A stretch of DNA of 64,000 nt from Hypanus sabinus (Eukaryota): contig NC_082718.1 in the NCBI RefSeq assembly GCF_030144855.1, positions 106,268,001 to 106,332,000 on the forward strand. The letters run 5' to 3'. How positions within the stretch are numbered: position 1 is the stretch's first letter; every line of letters begins with the position of its first letter. A program made the position numbers and the translations under genes. Below the pieces are notes generated by a model. That model saw only the letters and a list, made by a program, of their open reading frames with translations. It searched no databases and had not been told where the DNA came from. Positions 52,918 to 64,000 of this stretch are shown piece after piece.

Positions 52918-53677
52918 CCTGAGCAATAGTCAGCCGACAGTAACTTTGGAGCAAACTTCTGCAAACGATTTTGCGCAGATAAATGCTAGAGGAACTCAGC
53001 AGATCAAGCAGAAAGGAATTAAGAGTGTACACTTGGGGCTGAAACACTCCAACAATACTTCAGTAGGGAATATCAACGATCCTTTTCCCTGCACGGATAT
53101 TGCCGCTTTTGTTTAACTCTTGCAAACATTTCTTCTGCAAACTACTCTAATTTGACTCACATTGACATTCCCCCGATCTAATTTAGATTATTGCATAAAT
53201 CTCCGTACGATAGATAACTTCATAATCTATCAGATAGAATTGCACCTTTGTTGTTTACTTGCACTGCACTTTCTCTGGCAGTTTACTCTGCATTCTGATA
53301 TTTTACCTTGGACTACCTCAGTCACTGTGAATGAACTGTACAGAACAAGCTTTTCACTGTAGCTCGACACACGTGACAACAGTAAACCAATTCCATTTAC
53401 AATACATCTGTGAAATTCTGCACATCACTCATCAGAGATCACCTCTAAGCAACAGTTCTCAACTACAACGTGAATTGTTTTCGTTAACACTTGTGTTTAC
53501 GAAATGTGCTTTTGGAATTTATACTTCCACGTTCAACAACTTCATGGCAACCCCGTTCCCCAGGTGATGCACAGTATGTTGTACCGCCGGGCAAGCCCTT
53601 TCAACGGCATGGCTTAGCATTGGGAAGTTTGGTGGCAAGGAACTGACTTTCTTACTCTGACTCCTCATCGTTTTTTC

Positions 53678-53811
53678 CAGTCCTGCTGAAGGGTCTCAGC
53701 CCGAAACATCGACTGTACTCTTTTCCATAGATGTTGCCTGATTTGCTGAGTTCCTCCAGTATTTTATGTGTATTACTTGGATTTCCAGCATCTGCAGATT
53801 TTCTCCTGTTT
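53678..53811 (+). mobile_element. Penelope-derived short repeat, mutated hammerhead core
   Basis: CAGTC-CTGcTGA-AGGG..CCC-GAAACaTC-GACTG followed by the family tail. Confidence 0.8.
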
Positions 53812-54559
53812 GAAGTTAGAGGCTATGTAGCCTGACTTCAGTGATTGGCAAGATAAAAGAGTAAGAATGAGATTTCAGGGTACTTGGAAGCACACAATAA
53901 AATAGGAAAGATACCAGCGTGAGTAGAAGATTGTTGGTTGACTGGTTGAAGGTAAAGAGAGAATAAATGGTGTCCCACAGGGGCTGCTGTTGGGTCCACT
54001 ACTTTTCTGTTTTTATGTCAATAATTTAGATGACAGAATTGATGGGTTTGTAGCCAAGTTTGCGGATGCTGCAAAGATAGACAGAGGTGCAGATAGTGTT
54101 GAGGAAGCAGGGTGTCTGCAGAGGGATTTGCACAGATTAAGAGAACGTGCAGAGAAGTGGCATATTCTGGCCTTAGGGTGTATAACAAAATATTAACTTT
54201 AGCATCCAGTCTTTCGACTTGAACATGGGCTGTAGAGTAAATTTAAAATGCAGCTCTGGACTATAGGTTACTAGAGCCATGAACAGCAGTTAATTGAAAA
54301 AACAGAGTGGAGTGTGGGTGAGAAGAAGGAGGTCGGAAAGTTATATGTAACTGAAAGGAAGCATTGTAGATGCATTGCAAATATGGAATTGTCCTTTGAT
54401 CTTTAGCATATACAATATCATGTGACACTATTCCATATCTCACAGCTGTGCCTCTCCTGTGATTTTGTTGGCATCACAACAAATGGAATACAGTCTAGGG
54501 AAGTGTATGATCATGCTCTTTGGGAGGAGAAATAAAGGTGTAGGCTACTCACTGATTCT

Positions 54560-55012
54560 CACGTATAGTTTATAAATCCATTGATTCTCACAGCTACCTG
54601 GTCTTTTCCCACCCTGTTACTTGTAAAAATGCCATGCCATTCTCTCAATTCCTCTATCTCCACATTCGCTCTCAGGTTTGGGGTTTTCATTCCAGAACTA
54701 AGGAGGCGTCCTCCTTCTTCAAAGAAAGGGGCTTTCCTTCTTCCACCATCAATGCTACCGTCTCTTGCATTTCATGCACATCTGCCCTCACCCCATCCTC
54801 CTGCCATCCCACCAGGGATAGGGTTCCTCTTGTCCTCACCTACCACTCTGGAAGCCTTCGCATTGAGCACCTAACTCTCCAGAACTTCCGCCATCTCCCA
54901 ACGGGATCCCACCACCAAGCACATCCTTCCCTCCCCCCTCACTTTCTGTTTTCCACAGGGATTGCTCCCTATGCAAATCCCTTGTCCATTTGTCCCTCCC
55001 CACTGATCTCCC
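54560..55012 (+). mobile_element. Penelope-like RT C-terminal fragment
   Basis: PFSQFL...FFKERGFPSSTI...RVPLVLTYH resembles the PLE YSQFLR..F..RGYP..P.V.TYH region. Confidence 0.75.
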
Positions 55013-55199
55013 TGCATATGGCAAATAACAGTGACCTTTCAATCTTTTTTAATGCTGGAGGGAAACTCCCAATCTCTTCTTCCAAGATTATCAGTTCAGG
55101 GAGTAGAGGACCTTATTTTAACTTATCATGCAAAACCTGATGGCTTGAGACGTGTGCTGAGAAAAGGCATTGGGAGAATTGACTCAGAGATGGCTGAAT

Positions 55200-57030
55200 A
55201 ACCATAAGACATAGGAGCAGAATTAGGCCATTTGGCCCATTGAGCCTGCTCCACCATTTCGTCATGTCTCATCTATTTCCCTCACAACTTCAATCTCCTG
55301 CCTTCTCCCCATAACCTTTCACATCCTGACTAATCAAGAACCTGTCAACCTTCACCTTAAGTGTAACCAAAGACTTGGCTTCTACAGCCATCGGTGGCAA
55401 TGATTCCACAAATTCACCACCCTCTGGCTAAAGGAATTCCTCCTCATCTCTTTTCTAAATAGATGTCTCTCTACTTTGAGGATTTTCCCTCTGGTCCTAG
55501 AATTATCCAGCAAAGGAAACATCCTCTTCACTTCCACTCTATCTAGGCCTTTCAACATTTGATGGGTTTCAATGAGTTTCCCATTCTTTCTACTAAATTC
55601 CAGCAAATACAAGACCAAAGCCTTCAATCACTGCTCATATGATAACCCTTTCATTCCCTGAATCATTCTCGTGAACATCCTCTGAATCCTCTCCGATGTT
55701 GCACATAAGCAGCCCAGAACTGCTCACAATGCTCCAAGTGAGGCCTCACCAGCCTTATACAGCCTCAATTTTACATCCTTTCCATTAAATTCTAGTCCTC
55801 TTGAAATGAATGCTAACATTGTATTTACCTTCCTCACCATAGACTCAGCCTGCAAATTAACCTTCAGGGAATCCTCCATGTGGACTCCCAAATCCCTTTC
55901 TATCTCAAATGTTAGAATTTTCTCCCTGTTTAGAAAATAAGAGTATGCGTTTATTCCTTCTACCATGATTATACACTTCTCGACACTGTATTCCATCTGC
56001 CACTTCTTCGCCCATTCTCCTAATCTGCTTAAGTCCTTCTGCATCGGCTCTGATTCTTCAACACTACCAACCCTTCCACCTAGCTTTGTATCATCCGCAA
56101 ACTTGACCACAAAGCCATCAATTCCATCATCCAAATTGTTGACCTACAACGTAAATAGAAGCAGTCCCATCACAGATCCCTGTGGAACACCCCTGTAGTC
56201 ATCGACAGTGTAATCCCTTCATTCCTGCTTTTTGCCTCCTGCCAATCAGCCAATGCTCTATCCATGCTAGTACCTTTCCAGTAATGCCATGGGCTCTTAT
56301 CTTGTTAAGCAGCCTTAAATGCGGCACCTTGCCAAAGTTCTTCTGAAAATCCAAGTACTGTACACAACATCCACAGTCTCCCTTGTCTATCCTGCTTGTT
56401 CTGTGTCAAAGAATTCCAACAGATTTGTCAGGCAAGATGTTCCCTTAAGGAAACCATCTGACTTTAGCCTGTTTTTTCATCTGCCTCCAAGAACCCTGAG
56501 ACCACATCCATACCAATTGACTCCAACAACTTCCCAATAACTGAGGTCAAACTAACTGGCCTATAATTTCATTTTTTTCTGCCTCCCTCCTTGAAGAAAG
56601 CAGTGACATTTGCAATTTTCAAGTCCTCCAGAACCATCCCAAAATCTATTGATTCTTGAAACATCATTACTAATGCCTCCATAATCTCTTCAGCCACCTC
56701 TTTCAGAACCCTGGGGTGTAGTCCATCTGGTCCAGGTGACTTATCCATCTTCGGACTTCTTAGTTTCCCTAGCACCTTCTCCAACAACTGTACTCACTTA
56801 TACCCCCTGATAGTCTCAAACTTCCAGCATACTGCTAGTGTCTTCCACAGTGACGACTGATGCAAAATACTTATTCAGTCTGTCTGCCATTTCCTTGTCC
56901 ACATTACTATCACTCCAACATCATTTTCCAGTGGTCTAATGTCTACTCTCACCTCTCTTTTACTTCATGTATTTGAAAAATCTTTTGGCATCATTTTTGA
57001 TATTATTGGCTGGCTGACCTTCATTTTTTT
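55200..57030 (-). mobile_element. CR1 LINE, 5'-truncated, decayed
   Basis: KSPGPDGLHPRVLKE, GVPQGSV, KFADDTK, ERDLGV and RTRG..LK..FR...R...FSQRVVNLWN; (CCATAAGA)-type tail. Confidence 0.9.
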
Positions 57031-57323
57031 TAGTTATCTGTGAGAACAAAGATTAATAGTTGGATTTAATTTAAAGAATAGTCAGGGCTGTTTCAGCACG
57101 ATGTTGCAGTAAGGTGCTAAAGCAGCCCATAAATACCTCAGGGTGTTCTGACAACATGCTCACTGACTTAACTATCAATTGAGTTTTCTTCTTGACCTCT
57201 TCAAACTTGGTGATCCAGATCCAAGACACACCAGCCACTGCTCTCTGGGATATAAAGTTAATGTGTGAACTCAACAGCCAGCAGTTTAGCACATCTAGGT
57301 AGTTGGAAAAGTAAGCAGGAAAT

Positions 57324-57455
57324 GGTCCTACTGAAGGGTCTTGGCCTGAAATGTCGACTGTACTCTTCTCCATAGATGTTGCCTGGCCTGCTGAGTTCCT
57401 GCAGCATTTTGTGTGTGTTGCCTGGATTTCCAGCATCTGCAGATGTTCTCTTGTT
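57324..57455 (+). mobile_element. Penelope-derived short repeat, mutated hammerhead core
   Basis: Same family consensus ending in CAGCATCTGCAGAT. Confidence 0.8.
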
Positions 57456-58719
57456 TGTGACAGGACATAGTTTGAAGGAAACAAAAGGTTTGACACCCAT
57501 GAAAAATTGAAGTTTTTATTTAATGTTGAATGTGTGTTCATTTTGTGGCAATAAAATGTGGGGGAATCCCATGTGTTCTCCAGTGAGCAGTTTATTGGGC
57601 TGTACAGACTAATTATAAAATTCCCTGTTTGCTCAGGTCACAACCAGCTTGCAATTTATTTGAATTATGGAGGCTACCTTCAAGTTCAAAAAACAAACTG
57701 TTTTAAAAGCCCAACATTAACAACTGAAAGCAGCTAAACTGGGGTACATCTTGAACAAGGCTATGGTGAATTTCTGTAGGATGAAAGGTAGAGGTTACCA
57801 TTCATGTGCATAAGGATTTTACAATCATTAGCACATAGTGGTCGAGGACCAAAACCTTGGAAATTATAGTGTTTGAAAGTGGTGAACAAGACTGAAGATC
57901 CCTCACCTCACCTATTCTGTGTTCGATGATGCTTCTGAAGGGATGGCAATCTTTGGGAAGAATGAGGGAGAAGATTGTTGAGGTGATAACATACTGTTGA
58001 CTCCTATTGATGCAAGTCTGACTTTGATGACTTATGTAGTAAACTCTAAACTGACTGACAATTTATGCTAGGCTTCTTGATTTATGGACTTCTGAATCAA
58101 ACTCAGAATCAGGTTTATCACTGATGTGTCATGAGATTTGTTGTTTTGTATGCAGCAGTCATAAAATTTACTGTAAGTTACAAAAATAGTGCAAAGGTCA
58201 AATAATAAGGTAGTGTTAACAGGTTCATGGACCATTCAGAAATCTGATGCAGATTTTTAAAAAAATGTTGAGTGTCTCTCCTCAGGCTCCTGGAATTCCT
58301 CCTGATGGTAGTAACGTGAAGAGGGCACGTGTCACAGATGGTCAGGGTGTTTAATGATTGTCAGGTTAATAGGTGGATTATGGCGATACTTTGGGTTGGG
58401 TCTGCCAAATAATGATCATGTTGCCAATCCTGTAACACCTCAAAATTTAAGCTCGATTTCTGGTGGGACTTCTACAAGCATAGGAAGTAGATGGTTCAAA
58501 AGGATGTAGATGAGCAGAACAGGGCAGGATCATGACAAGTTCCATACACATCTTGTCTTTCTTCTGTAACATTACTAATGTTGTCGTTTCACATCTCGAT
58601 AGTGAAAATTAGTTTTGATAGTGTCAGTACCAATTCCAGGATGGGTAAGAAGAGTAGGTAAATAACTTCACTTTTTATTAATAGTTCCTTGTTTTCTTGA
58701 TCAGTATCTCAGGTTAGAC

Positions 58720-59775
58720 CAGGCATGGGCAAACTACGGCCCGCGGGCCATATACGGCCCGTTAAGCTTTTTAATGCGGCCTGCAGAACTTGATGAAATT
58801 ATATTAATAAACCTTGTTAACATTTTTTCCCCGCAGTTCTGGCGTTTTGCCAATAGATGACGCACTCTATATACATTGACCTTTGTTGAGGTGCAGCGTA
58901 TTACTCCACATTTGCGCTTTACTCTTTGTTCGGCTCGACCTATTTGTGTGAACAGGCGTTCAGCGTCATGAACATCAACAAAGCCAGCCACAGATCCAAG
59001 TTAAATGACCAACACCTCAGATCCATCCTGAGAATCGCCACTACAAAACTAAAACTAAATCCAGACTTTGATGCGCTGGCTAAAAAGGGAGACCAACAAC
59101 ACTGTTCCCACTGAAATTAAAAATAAGTTTCTTCGTTGTGTTATGTAAAAAATGCATTTGAAAATATTTTTTTCAATAAGCCTTACATGTTACATGTCAT
59201 TTCTGTTAAGTGATGGACATGAGTAGTGCGCAGGTGCACGTACGTTCTCAAAATAAAAAATGCGCTCCAGATCAAATAATGAGCTCCGCATACTGGCGCG
59301 CTGTCACTGTTCTGTCTTTGTGCTGGTCGTTGTTGAGTTTTGGCACAGGGGACAATTGAATAAGAAGGAGCAGGACAAGTAGACCTGCATCTCCTACCGT
59401 TTTTGAAATAAAGACAGTCAGGAGGAGAGTGATGATGATAATATCTTGAAGGATAACATAATTTTCAGTGCTTTAAAATAATAACTGTTACTATTAAAAA
59501 AGCTGTATTTTATTCATTTAATTTTCAGTGTTTTAAAAGTCATTTCAATAAATAGCTAAATACCATGGGACTTCAAAGACAGATATTTTGTTGTAATGCA
59601 TTTGTTCATTTTCAATTGAAATTAAAGCACATGTTTTCTACATATCCCGTGATATTTTATTTTCTCTTATGAGGTGTATTACCAAAACACTCCGTCCATC
59701 TGCTCCTGGTCCGGCCCCCCTGTCAAATTTTAGAACCCTTTGTGGCCCACAAGTCAAAAAGTTTGCCCACCCCTG
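58720..59775 (+). mobile_element. hAT (Buster/Charlie-type) non-autonomous DNA transposon
   Basis: TIRs CAGGCATGGGCAAACT / AGTTTGCCCACCCCTG; 8-bp TSD GGTTAGAC (58712-58719 and 59776-59783); transposase C-terminal remnant FGSTYLCEQAFSVMNINK..HRSKL.D.HL (58926-59114). Confidence 0.95.
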
Positions 59776-60472
59776 GGTTAGACCATCAAGTCATATATGT
59801 AGAACTGGTAGAGGAGTACAGACCAAGTGTAAACTCAGCCGTAGCCACACTGAACAGTAGACTCCAGGAGCAAAGTTGCCTACTCCAACTCCCATTTTGG
59901 GTTCTCATATTCAGCAGTTTCAAAATCTGTTATTCCTTCAGCTAGAAACAGTCTTTGACTGTGTATAACTCATCCTTTATAGCCTGTATTACTAGGACAG
60001 ACCATCCATATTTGACCGCTTTTGCTGGGGCCCAACTCCTTATCTGTTGCTATAGCAAATGCTGTAATACAGTAAATAGCAACAGAGTCATACCCTCAGT
60101 TCAAATCAACAAGCTCCAAAATCCAGGTCTCTGTACCCCCTCAACAACTGGATCCTTGACTTCCTCAGTCAGTGTGCATCGGAAATAACATCTTCCCCTC
60201 ACTGACAATCAACTCTGATGCACCTCAAGGACATGTGCTTAGCCTATTGTGCTACTCTCTCTATACCCATAACTGTGTGTCTTGACACAGCTCAAACACC
60301 ACCTGTAAATTTGCCCAGGACACAGATTTTGATGGCATAATTTCAGACGGTGGTGTACAGAACTTAGATCAGCTGGTTGAGTGGTGTCGCACTCAACGTC
60401 AGGAAGGGGAAGTGAACACACCCCAGTCCTCATCAAGAATTCAGAAGTGAAAAGGGTGAGCAGTTTTAAGTT

Positions 60473-60677
60473 GCAAACATGAGGAAATCTGCAGAAATTC
60501 AAGCAACACACACAAAATGTTTCATTTTGCATTTTCCCCTCCCCCTCCTACTTTCAAATCTCTTACTATCTTTTCTTTCAGTTAGTCCTGACAAAGGGTC
60601 CCAGCCTGAAACGTCGATATTGCTTCTCCCTGTAGATGCTGCCTGGCCTGCTGCATTCCACCAGCATTTTGTGTGTT
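60473..60677. mobile_element. Penelope-derived repeat nested in a LINE fragment
   Basis: Inverted termini (GCAACACACACAAAATG / CATTTTGTGTGTTGC); 13-bp TSD GCAGTTTTAAGTT at 60460-60472 and 60678-60690. Confidence 0.82.
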
Positions 60678-62284
60678 GCAGTTTTAAGTTCCTGGTTGTC
60701 AACATCTCTGAAGATCTATCCTGGCTCAATATATTGATGCATTAACAAAGGCTGCATGCCAGCAGCTGTATTTCATGAGAAATTTGAGATTTGGCATATC
60801 ACTAAAGACCAGCAAAGTTCTACAGATGTACTATGGAGAACCTTCTAACTGGTTGCATTACTGTCTGGAATGGAATGGCTCAGAAAAAGCTTTAGAAAAT
60901 TGTACCCTGATCCAGCTCCACCATGGGCACTAGCCACACAGCATCAAGGAAACCTCCATGAAGCAGCGTGCATCTTTTAAATGACCTTCATCACCCAGGC
61001 CTTCCCCATTCACATTGCTACCATCTTCTGGTGGTACAAGAGCAGCTGCTTCTCTTCTGCCATCAGGGTTTTTGCGCTCTCTTCGGACTACTTATCAGTC
61101 TTATATAGACTCACTGTAATCTGTTTTTTTAAATGTGTTGCAATGTACTGCTGCCAGAAATCAAATTTCAAGAAATGCCAGTGATATTAAACCTGATTCT
61201 GATCATCCCCTCACAAATATTTCTGTGTTCCTACTTCTGAGTGTTACTACATACAATGGTCCATTAGTAGAATCAAAGAAAATTTATGACCAAAGGCCAT
61301 TGCATTTGAAAATTGAAATGGAGTCATCCCTCATCTTGAGCAAGTTATGGGTGCTACAAGTTTAGATCTTCTATACCATGTATTTATAAAGGAGTTCAGG
61401 GGAGTAAATGGTATACTACAGTCATGGAAAGTCCTGGCTAAACTTGTGCAAGTGAGCAACGTTCATATATCATATGCTTGCAATTTATTTGGCCATTAGG
61501 ATGCTACTTCATTGAAAGTGGGGAGTACAAGTAACTGAACAGTAAATGCAAATTTAATAACTTTATTGCCTGAATTCAACCAGATAGTTTCTCCTCCACA
61601 ATTTAAAGCACCTTGGTTTTGAAAGTAATTCAGTTCTGATCAATACCTAGAATTGCATGAAAATTCCCCACCATCTGCATCAACATCTAAACTACATCTT
61701 ACCAAGACTGGAAACTAACCCTGAAGTACAACACATTGTCAGTAGCATGGAAATTAGTACCAAATTAAGACCACTAATGTAGTTCTGATAGTCTTTAAAC
61801 CAAAATATTTCCAGATACCCCAACTTGATGAGGGTTTCTGGCTTTTATTTTAAATTTCCAGCATTTTAAAAACTATTTTCAATAAATTAATATAGCTGGC
61901 CCAAAACTAATACTGTGATATCCTAGGACAGTAGCTGTTAACAAGCTATGTGTCAGCCATTTTCATATCTTTTAGATATTGAATTACTAAACCTAGATAT
62001 CACTGGAAAGGCAAGTATTTATTGCTATTCCTAATTAGTGTCAAGTCACTCTTACGAAGAACTGGTCTTTCTGATGAAGGGACAATTAGTTTCCTCAGGC
62101 ATGCACTACAATAGTAATCAAGATGTACACCAAAAATTCAGGTTTACTTGAATATCCTAGCAATAAAAGCTTCATGGTGGAATAACGTCCCTCAACTTTG
62201 GAAATTAGATTTCTGCCTCTCAGACCATTAGATACTGCTGCAGGGTCACATTTCGTTTTCATTCCAGATTTCCAGTATTTGCAT

Positions 62285-62480
62285 AAAGACAAGAAAATCT
62301 GCAGATACGACGACACACACAAAATGCTGGAGGAACTCAGCAGGCCAGGCAGTGGCACTAGAGCAAACAGCTGACATTTCATGACTGATCCTGATGAAGG
62401 GTCTCAGTTTGAAACATCGACTGTTCTCTCTTTTCCATTGATGCTGCTGACTTGCCAAGTTCTTTACTGCAGCATTTGCA
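62285..62480. mobile_element. Penelope-derived short repeat with inverted halves
   Basis: AAATCTGCAGAT..AAAATGCTGGAGGAACTCAGC then CTGATGAAGGGTCTC..GAAAC. Confidence 0.75.
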
Positions 62481-62541
62481 GTTAATTTTGTTTTTCATCT
62501 ATGTAATAAAGAACAGCCAACACATGATTCTCCACAGTATA

Positions 62542-62547
62542 TTTATT
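62542..62547 (-). terminator. COX6A1 polyadenylation signal AATAAA
   Basis: First AATAAA on the minus strand, about 130 nt after the stop. Confidence 0.7.
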
Positions 62548-62678
62548 ATGGTATTACCTCAATAAAGGTAAACACAGCTCCAACTTCTGCCCTTGTTTGG
62601 GAAAAATGCACTCATTTACATAATTGGATTTAACAAACAATCCACAACATCTGGGGAATTCTTCTCTGCTCCAAAATT

Positions 62679-62759
62679 TCAATCTTCCCAGCCAGTGGGC
62701 AGAGGATTGGTATGGGGGTTATGGAAGAAAGAATGGTTCCCATCACCCCAAGGGAATGG
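62679..62759 (-). CDS. COX6A1: COX6A1 last coding exon
   Basis: ttcacag|[26 protein letters not shown]; COX6A signature. Confidence 0.95.
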   Translation of the reverse strand, partial: PFPWGDGNHSFFHNPHTNPLPTGWED

Positions 62760-63587
62760 CTGTGAACAAAATGGCAGAAATATACATTAGAATGACACAT
62801 TCAGAAACAGAAACCATTTTAATTTTCAATGTCTGGACTACCAGAAAGTGGTACAACTACTTCCATTCCTTCAAACCCACCACAATTCAAAGGTAACCCT
62901 GCAACATCATGAGGATCCACGGACTGTGCCAGTGAGATGAACACCTGTGTGAAATGCTAATCTCCACAAAGCACCACTATGGAAGAATAGAAGAGTCAAT
63001 ATTTCCTTGCCCAGAGGAGATACTAATACCTCCTAGGGACCAGTTCCGGTGTGGACTGCAGTCATCACCTTGCTCCAGGGATTGCAGTGTCTGGACAGAA
63101 CTGGTGGTTTGAGCAGTTCTCAGTCCTAGAAGTGTCTGCCCATCATATTCAGTCAAGTGTCAAATGTTTTAATCTCCTGCAGCTGCACTGTGATCCAATC
63201 TTCAACTGGCATTAACTCCTTGGGAAATCATTTAACCTTATTGCCAGTGGGTGAGGTAGCAACTCATGGTTGTGGATTGCCGGACAGCTATGAGCCACTT
63301 CACTCAAACCACATGCAGAATTCAGATAACTTAAACCATATTCCAGGAAATATCTAGAGCAGATGTTGATCTCTCACCAAAGTAAAGGCTCTTCTGCAGA
63401 GGATGAAAAGCCCAGAAGAACATTCAGTCCAATTAATATTTAGCAAGAGAACACTTGGTCATAGTTTGCAAGATAACATTTTTTCATTGATAAAGATCGC
63501 TGTTTTGATTTTAAGAGTCGATTTATATACATTAATCATTACATCATAAATGCACAAAATTCCTTCACTTACAAGTGCTCTACTTAC

Positions 63588-63730
63588 TTTGCTCCTGATG
63601 CGAAGATGATCATAAGGAACAAACTCAATCCTCTCATGAGTGTGTTGCTGCGCCTTCAAGTAGCAGTTCAACATACACACAGATACTCCAGGAATGGCAA
63701 CAACAAAAGTCAGGATTTTCCACATGCGTG
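63588..63730 (-). CDS. COX6A1: COX6A1 internal exon (TM helix); exon 1 lies beyond the window
   Basis: cactag|(A)[47 protein letters not shown]|GTAAGT; 143 nt; A1 paralog assigned by synteny. Confidence 0.93.
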
Positions 63731-64000
63731 CTAGTGAAAGATAATGAATATCACTGCCAAAGCCAAGTCTACCAGGATATAATACACTAAGACATTGTTC
63801 CCATCGCCGCTGCTACAAACCACTTGACTATGCACTGGTATTACATACAGAGTCAGTCCCATTCTGATGAGATACTTTCAATCTCACACACCTATCCCTT
63901 GGCAGTGAAGATTTAAAGCTTTATTGCGTCATTTTATAAGGACTTCAAATAAAGTTCAAACTCAGCTGGTTGCAAAAATTTGCAAATGGAGTAATGAAAA

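Noticed and set aside
58926-59114. Domesticated GTF2IRD2/ZBED-like gene exon
   Set aside because: Lies inside TIRs and a TSD and is only a C-terminal fragment; a transposon remnant

Overview
Vertebrate genomic DNA, most likely from a cartilaginous fish (probably a ray), judged from the repeat content. It carries the conserved SRSF9-GATC-TRIAP1-COX6A1 gene block. SRSF9 (+) has 4 coding exons and 219 aa; GATC (-) has 5 coding exons and 174 aa; TRIAP1 (-) has 2 exons and 79 aa; COX6A1 (-) shows only its last two exons, with exon 1 outside the window. A tRNA-Lys(UUU) gene sits just upstream of TRIAP1. All exon chains were assembled by hand using GT-AG boundaries and consistent phases. The rest is dense with mobile DNA: CR1, Rex1/L2-like and RTE-like LINE fragments, SINEs, Tc1 remnants, a hAT (Buster/Charlie-type) deletion derivative, a Gag-protease-only Gmr1-like Gypsy LTR element inside GATC, and a 42-bp minisatellite at the GATC promoter. 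The most notable observations are: (1) dispersed Penelope-derived repeats carrying minimal hammerhead ribozyme motifs, three with intact cores; (2) candidate SRSF9 autoregulatory splicing features (poison exons and a three-way 5' UTR switch); (3) TRIAP1 inverted relative to the human arrangement, with a candidate spliced non-coding RNA in the divergent position. No database searches were possible, so novelty is unverified.
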